A stretch of DNA of 63,522 bases, counting the filler, from Reticulomyxa filosa (Eukaryota > Protista > Foraminifera): NCBI GenBank assembly GCA_000512085.1. It is 19 parts of 19 records of this genome, joined end to end, with 100 filler letters (N's around TTAATTAATTAA, not from the genome) between each part and the next. Parts side by side here need not be neighbours in the genome. Positions count along the whole stretch, not along the records: positions 1 to 8,651 come from ASPP01022453.1; positions 8,752 to 11,812 come from ASPP01006532.1; positions 11,913 to 20,660 come from ASPP01009523.1; 16 more parts are not named here. One strand, written 5' to 3'. Below, piece by piece: positions 1-16,776 of this stretch. The position numbers and the translations under genes are program-made. How positions within the stretch are numbered: position 1 is the stretch's first letter; every line of letters starts with the position of its first letter. The notes beneath the pieces are model-generated. The model was not told the DNA's origin. It made no database searches and saw nothing but the letters and a program-made list of their open reading frames with translations.

Positions 1-508
1 AACAACTTTATAACCGACCAATCAAATCCGTTTTGATAAAGTTTGCATAAAAAACATTCAATCAATTTCAATAAATAAAAACAAAACAAAAAAAATTTTG
101 CTTGTCTACTGGAGTATATCTTGATTCATTTCAATCATTACTCCAAATATCACTGTCGTTGAATGTGATAATTATAACTTATGACGCAGTAATACAACAA
201 TTAAATGATAACGATTATAAATGAAAAAAAAAGCAAAAACAAAATGTGCTTTTAAACGCGTTTACTTTTAAATATTTGCCTTTTTGAAATGGTGAATGTT
301 TATGATCAATGAGTCAATTAAAAAAACTTCAAAATATAGTCGTTTATTAAAAATATTATTATATATCAACCAGTTATACTTTCATTTTGACACAACCAAA
401 CAAACTGAATAATTTTAATTCTATATATTTAAATCTATTTATAATATTAACTTGCTAAAAATTTTACAATCATTCAATATCAAATATTTTTTACTTACAA
501 AAATTGCA

Positions 509-1753
509 TTAAAAACCAATGGTTTGCCATTGTGCATTTTTATTTATTACAAATTCGCATCCTTGTGAATTACGATCATTATTTCGACAACAAGACCAAG
601 CATGTTCGTTTTCTTCTCCGTCCAGCTTGAAAATCCCACTGTGAAAATAGCGACGTGACGAAGTTTTAATTTGATGTTTTTTGACTGCAAATGCTCCGTC
701 ATCTGTTGGTATCTGAAACATCAGATGTGCATTCAATATATTTTCAAAGAGTTATGTATATATGTATTCACACCTTTCTTTCTTGTGGGTTTTCAGCGTG
801 AGATTTGGTTTCATTTGTCGTGAGGAAATCTTGTAACTTTTCTTTGGCATAAATTTGTGAAAGCTCTTCTTTTACTGCATTAAGTTTTGATTTTTTTTTT
901 TCTATGCTAGGATCGTCTTTTGCAGTTAAATTTTTATATAGCCACGAATTACTTGGTTTATATTCAAGTGTTTTTTGTTGATTTTTAAATTGTTCCCATC
1001 TTAGATTTTCTTTTTCCTTTCGCAATTCCTGCATTCTATAATTTTCATATTCATATGGAGATGTATATTGTCGTAATTTGATTTCTGTCTTTGGTGGAGA
1101 TTTATATTGATCTTGTAATCGCTTTTAAGTGTCGTTTTTTTAATATTTTTTTCAATAAAAAGTAAAAATAATATTGGTTCATTTAGATTGTAAAGTATCA
1201 AACTTTTTTTCGTGTTTCGCAAATAGATTTACCTGATCCTCAAAAGAAGTTGAGGGATTCCAAAGTTGAACTTTTGAAGAACCACAAAGAACTCTATATG
1301 CATAAAAATCCCTAGTATCTGTAGTGCCCCATAGCTTTTGAGAATTGTGGTTTGAAAGCTGCAACGAAGATATTGCTGAGTTCTTTTTCATATCGGTTTG
1401 AATTTGCTGTGTCATTCAGCAATCAAAAATTTCTTAGGATCAGGACTGACAGTTTTTGTTTTTGAGTATATTCACTGTGCAAAACTGAGGCAACACTTCG
1501 CCCTGTTTTTCTGTCGTACTTTTCTTCAACCAATGTAGAGGGATTCCAATAATTTGGCAATCCTTTGTTGAAAATTGCCACATGTTTTCTGCGTGCTAAC
1601 ATGAGTTGTATTTCCTCTACACATTTTCTTGTATGTGCAGGAACATTGTCACGGTGAAACGCCTGTTATAAAATGTTTGTAAAAAAAATATCACTTTCTG
1701 TTATTGTTCAAACAAATCAATGCATTGACTTGCTACCTTTTCGCAAGAGTCAT
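509..1753 (-). CDS. Multi-exon protein of unknown function with C-terminal Btk-type zinc-finger-like motif (frameshifted in this assembly)
   Basis: C-terminal YFHSGIF...AWSCCRNNDRNSQGC matches the H..F...WxCC-x8-GC Btk motif pattern. WNPST occurs twice upstream. GT-AG intron with donor at 773. Start position tentative. Confidence 0.5.
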
Positions 1754-2267
1754 AGTTCAACTTGCTGTTAGCACTTCCAATTTGAATTTTTTTTTTTAAA
1801 AATTTGTTTGTTTCTTTTGTTGTCATCTTTGTATTATCTCAAAATGTACATTAGTAATTAATATAATTTTTTAAACATTCTTTAGCCATTGTTTAATTTT
1901 GAAAATTCTTTATTTTGTAATGATGAGAAATTTTTTGCTCAATGCATGCTAGTCTAACATTTACCATGTTTAGCTTTTTTCATTTTAGCCTAAGTTCGAA
2001 AATAAATGTTGATTGAAATTGCACTTAATGCGTGCCTTTTGATAAGCAGATACATAAACGATATCAATTACTCTTTTATTTTTTTTGAAGCTGCTTTTTT
2101 AAAAAAGTACAACAAACAAGAAACACTTATTGCAAAGCAATCTTGATGAATATCTTCAGAAATATGTATAAATTGTATTTTTTTAGTGCAAGATATTTGA
2201 AACAGCAGAGTTCTTTTTTGTAGTCCCCTTGGTACTTTGCGACCCTATCATCCTCATTTTATTGAAA

Positions 2268-6141
<3,874 letters not shown>

Positions 6142-6781
6142 TGACCAATCCAGTCATAATCAATCACGATCTTCTGCACACAAGGATCACGTTTCAAATC
6201 AATCTTTGACCACTTCAATGGTTGACATAGATTGAAGAAGAGGGATTCACAGTACAAAGTTACTTATTTACTTTTCGAAGTTGTCTCTAACCCTTTTTTA
6301 AAAAAAATCTATTTGATAGATATTACTGAAGCTGAGTCAAACTTCAAATTTAACAATACAACGACGAGAACATTATCTCCAATGACCTTTTCGGCACTTC
6401 TTTTTTATTATCATTATTTTTTTAATAAATTAACAAGCATTGCTTGCTATTTCTTTGTTTGTTGAACAAAAGTTTTCATCCTGGCCTAATATGTGCTTTT
6501 TTTTGAGGGTGAAGTTACAAAGTAAACGGAGTTTTCTTCTTTTCATCGACTTCTTTTCTGCATACAACTTACATGTAGCTTCGTCAATCTAGCATATAAC
6601 TTGAAATCGAACCTACACAAAAATGTGGTAAGGAACGAGGTATTTTTTGCACAGCCTAGACTGTTTCAAAAACTTGGGATATGGCTGGTTTTCAAAGAAG
6701 AATAATTTTGAAATTTTGAAAAGACATTTCTTAAAAGCGGATTCCCTCCTTGTCCCCCCCTTCTCTCCAGTGAATCCCTTT

Positions 6782-7666
6782 TTACCAAGCAAATTTCTCT
6801 CCAATGTATGCGCAGTGCTCTCTTTGAATGGTATGAATAGTACTCAACCATTTCAACTTACTGACTAGCTTTGATTCTCCACCATCAATAACATTTATGG
6901 GCGCTTGACTATAATGAGAAAATCTCTTATCTTGTTGATTGCTATCCAAGCGTAATTCTTCAAAGACATCATTGGAGAATGAAAGATAATTGACGTGCTC
7001 TTTTTCATGTTTCTCAAACATAATGATATCGTCACTGACATGAGTCTTTTTATAAATCTCATCTTTGTTGTAAGATTCTTTCGCCATCTTTTGAAGCTTG
7101 TTTTCCATCCATTGTTTTTTCAGTTCATTTCGTAATAAAACATCAATTTGTTTTATTAGTTGTAATTTGAATTCTTGACCAAACAAATATTGAAAATTGG
7201 CAGGAAGTCGTTGAGCGACACGAGACGCGAAATCCAAATTGAAAGAGGATGGACTGTTGGAAAGACGAGAATGAGACGACGCATGAAGAGCAAGCATTTC
7301 ATATTCGATACCTTTCCACAAAGTCCACATGCTTAGCACATGTTCAATAGCATGCACAAATGCATCTTCATAACGGTAACGATTCAATTCGTCGATGACA
7401 AACGTGGTGCTGACATGTTCGGGTTCAATACTTCGACAATTGCAATTGCAATATAACAAGCTAATGAGTTGGAATACTTTTAACAAGAACACTTTTCCTT
7501 TGTATTTTTCTTCGAAAGTGGGAAGTTTCGATTGGATCTTTTTAAGTGCCTCAATGCACTTCCCATTGCCAATGAGGACCAGGACCTGTTCACGAAACTG
7601 TGTATTGCTAATTATTTCCTGTTTTTCCGCGTCATTCAAATCATACACATTCTTCTTCTCGGCCCA

Positions 7667-7701
<35 letters not shown>

Positions 7702-8002
7702 TGTTGTTGTGTTCTTGTGATTTTTGGCGTCTCGCATTCGCCGTGGATTTGTCAGAAGACAACGCCGGATTCGCTTTTTCATCATTTTCCTTCCTCTCTT
7801 GGTCTACCGACGTGCTATTCCAAATGGACTTGCCTCCGTTGCTGAGCGTGTCACGCCTACGTTTGCGCAGTGCCTCCAAAGTTTTTACGTATCCCGAGTG
7901 TAACAAATGGTCTTCAATCAGCACCGCAATGTCATCAAACTTCGACACCTAGTATGTAAAACGTGCAACATGCATGTAGCATTGCATGTTAACAAGGAAC
8001 AA

Positions 8003-8033
<31 letters not shown>

Positions 8034-8037
8034 AGAG

Positions 8038-8075
<38 letters not shown>

Positions 8076-8608
8076 GCATATATAATTATTGAAACTTGAT
8101 GTTGTTTGGTATAATGCTGATAAGACATGATCGGGCGTACATATTTCCCATAGAGCTGACGTGCCTTAAATTTTTCAAGTCGGAAAAACAAATCGAGATT
8201 GAAAAGGAACTTTTTTTGGCCAAAGTTGAATTGCAATTCGTTTCCAAACTCGCGTAAAAAGCCGACAATGTACATGGGCTCGGTCGGATAGTAATGTTCG
8301 ACAATGAACTCTTTCACCAGCACTCCATTCAAAGTGAAGAAGACCTGTCTGCTTTCAAAGTTGAGTCCAATCCCAACGGTCGTGCCATTCACAAAGCCTT
8401 CCGTCGCGTCATTGGACGTCCCTGGCACTCGTATCACATTGTCGTCGGACCCAACGGATCTGTCATATGGCGTCGGTCCGACCCATTTGATTGTACAGTA
8501 CTTGTGCGTCTCTTTGAAGCGTGTGTCGCAGCGATAGGGCAATGGTGCTGGCGCTGGAGCTGGCACTTCGGCCGAGGGATGAGTCAACGGTTGACAATCA
8601 CCAGACAA
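6782..8608 (-). CDS. RanBP9/RanBP10 (GID/CTLH complex)-like SPRY-LisH-CTLH protein, 5'-truncated by contig end
   Basis: SPRY: GTTVGIGLNFESRQVFFTLNG...LQFNFGQKKFLFNL. LisH: IEDHLLHSGYVKTLEAL. CTLH: FREQVLVLIGNGKCIEALKKIQ. Intron 7949-8095. Confidence 0.85.
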
Positions 8609-8610
8609 TA

Positions 8611-8611
<1 letters not shown>

Positions 8612-8651
<40 letters not shown>
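8612..8651. repeat. (ATT)n microsatellite at contig end
   Basis: Tandem ATT run directly before the linker. Confidence 0.9.
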
Positions 8652-8751
8652 NNNNNNNNNNNNNNNNNNNNNNNNNNNNNNNNNNNNNNNNNNNNTTAAT
8701 TAATTAANNNNNNNNNNNNNNNNNNNNNNNNNNNNNNNNNNNNNNNNNNNN
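8652..8751. other. Artificial contig linker (44 N + TTAATTAATTAA + 44 N); first of 18 identical copies
   Basis: Identical 100-bp spacer with stop codons in all six frames. It also starts at 11813, 20661, 21916, 24823, 27731, 30506, 37214, 38677, 43300, 45253, 46407, 47547, 48744, 51090, 52321, 56047 and 59402. Adjacency across linkers has no biological meaning. Confidence 0.98.
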
Positions 8752-10260
8752 TCTAACAATAACAGTAAAACACACTTCAGAGATTATAACGATACTTCTC
8801 CATTTGAAATATTGGACTTCACAGAAGATATTGATGCATTGAAAATATTTATGGAAAAGTTAAGAGCCACTGGAGGTGGTGACCAATGCTCAGATGTTAT
8901 AGGTGGGTTGGAAAAGTGCGCAGAACTCCGATGGGCATCAAAAATCAAAGTGTTGTTTCATATCGTTACGTTTTTTTTTTTTAAAAATCTTTGAATTAAG
9001 ACAGAGGAGGAAAAAAGTGGCTCCAAAAAAGAAAATTTCAACAAGAGAGAGGAATAAAAAAAAAAAAGGGAGACGCTCCACCTCATAATTTTATGTATCA
9101 CGATGGAATTGGAGACAAATATCCGAATGACAAAAGACGAGATCATAACGTAGTGTTAAGAGTACTCCAAAAAAAGGAAAATATGAGATATTACATTGCA
9201 AAATTGAATAGCAGTTTAAACAAAGTTTTGTATGAAAAAAAAAAGAGAGAGAGGGAGAGATAAAACGTAAGAATACTTCCTATTCTTTTCCTTTTTTTTT
9301 TTTATCAAAAAAAAAAAAAAATAGATGATTCGGATATTTAAAGCAACTGGCAATGAAATAGGCCTTGTAGTAGATGAGCATGAATTACCTGATATTTTAC
9401 ACCTATTTAAATTTGTGGCGCGACTTGACGCAGACGCACTTCGAGCTATTCGACTTTCGACTAAAAGACAGTTGATTTGTATACGTTTTTTTTTGGAGTT
9501 GTGCATCATTTTAAGATTTAATTTTGCTACAAAAAAAAAAAAAACTCAGACGAACAACCCAACAACACATCGGCTTAATTCTTAGCGAACGAAAAAGACA
9601 GTCATTTAAGGCCTTTGTAGGCATTGATTTTGGAACTTATGGCACTGCATTTGCGTACAGCTTTTCCGATGGAAGAATATATACTGAGCAAAAATGGCCA
9701 GGACATAATAGGTTGGCAGAACTGAAAAACAAGACAAGCATATTGCTTGACGACAATGGAAGATTTGTCGCATTTGGCCAAGAGGCAATTGACAAATACT
9801 TTTCAAGTCACGATCGCTCATTGGAATTGTATGAAAATTTTAAAACAGCTTTATACGGTCAGACTCCAAATTTTTACTTTTTATTTAGTAATAAATAACA
9901 CCAACAATGACAACAATAATAATAATGATAATAGATATAACATTGACAGGAATGCAGATGGGCAGGTATAATGACGATGAAAAAAGAATTAATTTGGAGC
10001 CTTATTTGACATCTGCAAATGGAAAGAATAGAAGAACTTTGTATGTGTTAGTGCAAGTATTTGAATTTATGCCAAGGCATATAATGAAAGTTCTCATAGC
10101 TATATATTTGTGGAAAAAATTGAAGATGTGCAATATGTAGTGACGGTGCCTTCCATTTGGTCCAACAAAGCAAAAAACAGAATGATAGGAGATGCTATCA
10201 TTGCGATGTTATAAATGAATCAATTTCTAACAATATGACTCTTGCATTAGAACCAGTTGT
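8752..10260 (+). pseudogene. vWA domain followed by HSPA12-like Hsp70 nucleotide-binding domain; disrupted and truncated
   Basis: vWA: FRDY...DFTEDIDAL...ATGGGDQCSDVIGGL...W..KIKVLFHI|GDAPPH. Hsp70/HSPA12: VGIDFGTYGTAFAYSF, WPG..ELKNKTSILLD..GRFVAFG, ENFKTALY, VVTVPSIWSNKAKNRM, LALEP. Several frameshifts and stops; the homology fades after about 10260. Confidence 0.7.
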
Positions 10261-11912
10261 GATCCGATTTTGTAATATTATATATTCTTTTTAAAAAAAA
10301 TAGCATAAGCAGAACAACATGTTGTTTCAATAATACATATTGATGAAGAAATATTAAAAATTAGTCTAATGACTATAAGACAAAAGTTAATTGATTTGAT
10401 TGAAAGAAAGACATTTAGCGAAAATCAGTGTCAAATGATGAAAGCGCAGCTTCTGTTGCATTACAATTTGAAAAGTTACAAGATCAAGCCAAAAAGTTAA
10501 CTCAAGCATTGTACATAAGTTATTCGTCATCGAACTGCAGACAAAAACATAACAGTCCTCTTAAAAGTGATATTGTTTGTAAAAAGTCAAATGGACTTTA
10601 TGCAGTACCGATATTAAGCGAACGTCCATATGTCGGTAATACAATGGTTAGTGATAAATTGGATAAATTAGAATTTGGTGCAACAACAATGAAGTTAGCA
10701 TTATATCAACATAACTGTTTTCGTAATATATTCGATTGTAATCGATATAAATTTCATCGTTAGCACAGACAATTCATCGAAAGGTAGTCTAAATATATAC
10801 TGGAAGACAACTTTTGTTTGATATATAATCTCAATGCTTGACAATTGAAATACAGTATATGTAAATAGTATAAATCCACAAACGTTCAACTTATTAATGA
10901 CATAGATTTACAATATGTTTTGAGTTAAGAATCACATTGCAAAAAAACGAATGATTTGTTGCAGTTCACAACAAAATTTAATGAAAAGCAGCAGATATTT
11001 TATTGAAATATAGACAAGCAAAAGTTCCATTAAATTTAGAACTATATTATGCAATTTAGTGTAATGTCCCTCTGACTAGAAGTCAATGTAAGCGTTGCTA
11101 AAATCTTTTAGTATATTTACACTGATACTAGTGTATGAACAAAATCCGACAACGTTGGACGATACATAATTGGCATTAGAAAATACTCAAAATAGATTCG
11201 AATACGAAATTTAAGCAAAAATATGACATACAAAACATATAAATTTGAACAAACAAAAAGAATTACGAATAATAAAAAATTTTATTTGCAGAAAAGAAAT
11301 AATCCGAATGCATTAAATAGAACTAACTGTTTACAGTTAATGAAAAATTTAGTGGTAAATAAATCAACAATGGTTACAACGAATTTAGCGATCGCATTAT
11401 CAACAAGCACCAAAGTAAATAAATGCTTGATAACCAAAAGTGTTTTACTCAAGGTAAAAAGCAATATGACAAACATAAAGGCAACAAACGACAATTGAAC
11501 GATGCTGGAGTTGATGCAAACACTGCCATAAACAACGTTACTGCACAAAGACTATAAATAATGCTATGAGTTGACAATGTGATTGAGAAACATTATAAAA
11601 TCAAAATTGAGCTCCAAACCAAAGAAATTGTTCTATGATACATTAGTATCCATATGCGCTATAAGTGATAAAATTACAAGAAAATTTCAACAATTACTAA
11701 ACAAATATTATATAGCATTCATTGTACAGTAGGTTGTAAAGAAAACTGAACGCCTACAAATCTTGTAGTTTTAAATATGATATTGGTTTTTTAATAACTT
11801 TTTTTTTTGTTGNNNNNNNNNNNNNNNNNNNNNNNNNNNNNNNNNNNNNNNNNNNNTTAATTAATTAANNNNNNNNNNNNNNNNNNNNNNNNNNNNNNNN
11901 NNNNNNNNNNNN

Positions 11913-13615
11913 AAAAAAAAAATGAATATAATGGGATCCCCCTTCGCCCCTAATGTTCAAAGCTATCTCTACTTTAATTACAAAGTCTTCAAGTGGATGT
12001 GCAGCAATCAAGACCAGCAATCGTCATGCTACAACTATTACAGCGAGAGTGCGGACAACAACCCATGGAAGTATTTTTCGAACGGACAATCAGTGTCTTT
12101 GTCCTGGAGCACGTCTTTAACGGCGAATCTGACATGCTTGAAGTCGAGGACCGCGACCAAACAGCCGACCAAAGCGCCGTCAGCAACTTCACGACCCACG
12201 AGCACCTTGCCCAACAAGATGTATGCATGTGGTACCGCGGACAGACATCTACCACGCAGTACAATCTATTCTTGAATGGCAAATACACGTACAACTCTAT
12301 GCATTTATATAACGGCAAGTACTATTACACCATGTCTAACCCACAAGAGTGTAACGCCAATACCTTGTATTTGTACTATTATTCGGCCATATCCCAGTGG
12401 TTCATTTCTACCACTCTAGGTGTGAGTGTGTGTGTGTTTTTTATTTTTTATTTTATTCAGTCAATCTCTTTTCTTCCTTTCTCGTATTTTTTAAACCTTT
12501 TTTTTTTTTTTAATCAATTTTACCGGGGGGGGGGGCTGAAAGAACAGGCTCAAACTCTTACTATGCCTATTGTACGGCCAAAAACTTGGACAATCCCATA
12601 AATTGCGGCACCAATTGGGTGTTTGCCAATGAGGCCTCTGCAGACACTTCCGCCAAATTACAGGCGGCGCCTTGTCCATCGGTGCAGTGCACAAAGGGTC
12701 TTTCGCTGAACGTGGACATGGGTGTCGGCAATATCTGCAGCCGTACATTTGAACATCATGAAACCAATCTCACCACCACAGACAGTGCTAATGTCTATTC
12801 CACAGTCGATAAATACAGTGGCAAAGTCTATCTGTATTTCAATGAAAAAATTTTTGCGTGGGTAAGTTTCTATTTTATTTGTTTATGTTGATTCAAATAT
12901 GTATATGTATATACATATATATATGTACATATATATTTATATTTATATTGCTGTTGTTATTTCCATCAAAAAGACATGTTCGTCATCTGTGGAAATGACG
13001 AGCTGCTTAAGTACCGAGTACGGATATGACAACAAACCAGAATGGTTTTCGTTGACCGATTCGGGTGGCGCTAAGAAAATGACGTGGAGATCGTCCAACG
13101 GAGATATAAACAATGGCACCATTCAATGTGCACAACCCACGCCCAGCCCAACCAACGCCGCTACGGGCTCGTCTCAAAGTAACACACCCTCGCCAACACA
13201 GACTACAACCACCACAGCGACAACAACAACAGCAACAGCAACAACGGCGACTGTAACAACAACAACTGCTGTTGCCACTACTACTACTGCAGTAGCCAGT
13301 AGTACCACAAGCACAAGTTCGAGCGGTGGTGTCACACCATCGCCCACGCAAAAGCAGGTAACAACGACCCAAAAGCAGGTAACAACAACGACTCAAAAGC
13401 ATGTAACAACAACAACGACTCAAAGCAACAGCACCACTGGCAATGGGGACGCGCAATCCAGCAACCACAAAACCGCAAGCAGTACTTGGTGGGTGGGTCT
13501 ACTCATCGGTTTGTCTATTGGTGCGATCATTGCCGCAGCTTATTGTATTTATGTTCGCAAAAAGAAAGATGACTCAAAGCGTTATATGTTGATGGATTCT
13601 GATAGTAATTTATAG
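11913..13615 (+). CDS. Type I membrane/surface glycoprotein with Cys/aromatic extracellular modules and Thr-rich mucin-like stalk (5'-truncated)
   Basis: Recurrent LY(F/L)N/Y...W..S modules, a long T/A/S tract, a single TM segment WWVGLLIGLSIGAIIAAAYCIYV followed by RKKK, and a short tail ending at TAG 13613-13615. Introns near 12420 and 12862. Confidence 0.75.
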
Positions 13616-14268
13616 ACTGCTTTTTTTTTTTTTTTTATGTATGTGTAGTTTGTTTTTTTGCAATATATGTGGATCTGTAAAATTTAAGTTCTAACAAACT
13701 TGCACTTGCTCATCAAATTATTTTTTTTTTTCAAAAAGTAAAAGGAGTGTTTCATGTCTTTGTAAAAAAAAAACTTCCAATATCATGCAAAAAAACGTGT
13801 TAAATTGTTTTGGGAGAAAAATAAAAGTCATTTTTATTGTCTGTATTTCAAGAGTTTTTTTTGTAACGGTTAATAAAAGTGCCTCCAACAAATGGAGTTG
13901 ATTATTTTATTTGACAAAGAGGCCGTCACAAAAAAAAGGGAAAAAAAAAATTTGAAGGAGGAAAAGACCAATGAAGATATGACCGTGGACGGCAATGTTA
14001 GGTGGAAATTACAATTCTCAAACATTTCAAACACACAAATAATTGTGCAACACTCGTTTCAAACACTGTCGCAAAGACAAAGCACTCTGAAATGAAAATC
14101 CTTCAAACCAAACAAAACAATAAGAATAAACAAAAAAAATAAATTATAATAAGCAAAAAAAAAAAACAATGAAAGAGAGAGAAATGTCCAACGCGAAAGG
14201 CACTTGGATGTCAATTTTGCGAACACGTCACAGTAATCAATGGACATGTGTGGTGATGTCTTAGACAT

Positions 14269-15318
14269 TTACAAGTGCAAATATTCCCACAGCATTAAGG
14301 GCATTTGGTTGCGTGTTCCTCGTTTTCGCAGTCGAACGTTCATATCGACCCTCTCTCCATGCACGTCATGAACATGAGTGCAATTGCCAGCAGCAGTATC
14401 GAAAGATATGTGATGTGCCCCCAAAGACGAAGTTAGCAAGTGACCACAGAGTGGACACTTGCCTTTTGTTTTAAGCCAGTTGTCAACGCAATAGCAATGG
14501 AACACATGATTGCAAAACGTGATACGTCGAAGCAATTCTTTAGGCTGGTAATGGTCCCAACAGATGACGCATCGCATGTTTTCACAATGGGTATCCGAGC
14601 ATATTCGATATTCGTACACGCTAGTGACTGCGTTCAGATGGATGTCCGAGATCTGTTCTTGCGACTCGTTATTATTTTCTTCAAACCATAAATGATAGGA
14701 GAGTGCTCGATTAGTCATTCCAAAAATGCTGCGAAGCCACAACACCACAAATACGATATGCAGGGACCAAATGATCGCCGATATCAAACACAATCGAAAC
14801 AGACAGGGCGACAAGTATCCCTCAAATGTTTTCCCATCGCTAAAATTTGTTCCAAAATGAATCGTCAAACCAAACGTAAATATCACCCACAACGATAAAA
14901 ATGCACCCAAATATTGCGTTATTGTCCATTCCATCGACTGCAACAATCCATGCAAACGTTGTGCAACTTCAAACGCAAAGCGCCCTTTTTCTGCGTACGA
15001 TATGCGAGACCAAATGCGACGTCGGATTGGCACTTGAACAATAAAAATTAACACTCGCACAATGGCCCAGTACTTTAACCGGCTATCACTCCAATTCTTT
15101 GAATTCCATGTCGCGTAGATACATGCCCCTGTACACAATACGAGAGTCGTTCCAGTTATCATCGTCATTTGAATTGCTCGCCTGTGTTGTTACAAAGACG
15201 TTTCTTTGTACCTCTGTCTTTGTTTTGAAAACACAAAAAAAAAAAACCCAAATAAATTATATATTTACTTAAAGAAGGTTATTGATTCCACTGGATAATT
15301 TTCGCACAAGTATTCCAT
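14269..15318 (-). CDS. Multi-pass transmembrane RING-H2 E3 ubiquitin ligase
   Basis: CVICWDHYQPKELLRRITFCNHVFHCYCVDNWLKTKGKCPLC is a C3H2C3 RING. About 4 TM segments lie upstream. A probable short first exon MEYLCENYPVESITFF starts at 15318. Confidence 0.88.
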
Positions 15319-16776
15319 TTGTTGCTTCTTTGCAGATCAAATTACCTTAAATTATTGAGGGGGAAAATTCGTTCTCGGGTTCACTGGCTTTGTTCACTTG
15401 TTAAACCGCTTATGAACTGCTCAGATATAAACACATACACAATCCCAAGGCAAGAGATTCTGCCATATACCAAATGCGTATATTGTAGAAAATTGATTGT
15501 GAAGAGGCACGTATACTTTATATCAACAATATTATTACAGGACAAACTAGCGGCTCATGACATAAAAAGGCATTAACATCTGTTTTTTGCTTCACTTTAA
15601 CGTTTACTAATGAAAGTTTTATTGTTTGATTGATAGAGTTATTCTATCGCAAATATAGCAGATAAAGATAGAACAGTTTCAAAATCGTACACATTATTAC
15701 GATAATAAAGAGGAAGTAAGTATTGATCTAAAATATTTAAAATTTTGGTTCAAAAATTAACACTAAAATTGCAAATGTATATTACTATAATTGTGAAAAA
15801 CATATACTGTCCAATGTCGATAATGCGATAGATATATTCACATAGTACTACGAATCAAATTTTTTTAAAAGTTACACTCAGTTTCTCCTTCAAATGCCAA
15901 TAACAACACAGAGTAGAAATAAAATAGTTTCAATTTTAAAATTCGTGATAAAAAAGATTAACAAAAACTCCAAGGCAACTAAATTATTCGTTGAGTCGAT
16001 ATTCTGTCATTGCTTGATATAATGTTGGGTATTGTAGGTATCATTACGAAATCTTGCACTTACAAACATTTTGTTTTGTTTGATTGGATTGCCTTTACAC
16101 AGTTTGAGATTAATTTCAATGAAAAATTGATGAAAGAATACACATTATTCATTTAAAAAACGAGTAAACAAAATACTTATTTTAATATTGAACAAACTAA
16201 TTTGATACTACGAAGCTAAAATGTCTTTAATGATTGTAGAAGGTTCCCCTTAGAAAAGTTTGCAAGTATTTGACACTCTCAAGTGAATTTTCTCAAAATA
16301 AAAGTTAAATAAACTTGAAAAGGAGCTAGCGTCAAAGAAAACAAAACAAAGAAAGCGTTGGAAAAGAAGTAAGGAAAAAGTTCTTAGAAAAAGGGTTTCG
16401 ACGTTCTACTTGAACTTTGTTAACTACAAGTAGGCCCACCCTACATGATTTTAAACGATTGTTAGCAAGATTGGTCAACATTAGTGAAAATAATTTTATG
16501 ATTTGATTTTTATTTTCTTGAGTAAATGAAAAAAAACAAAATAAATTCGTATACTATTGATTTGTTTTTGTTGATCGAAGATATTGTTGTTATTTGTGAC
16601 AAACAGTATTGATATTTTTTGGTTTTTGCTTTCTTTATTCAATTTAAAAGCTAATCACAGTTAACTTTTCGTATCATATGTGGACGTTTAACAAATCAAA
16701 TTCAAATATACAAGTAAGTTACGGGGGTTGGGACGAACAACCTTGAAAATTTTAATTTCAAAAAAGAAGTTTGATT

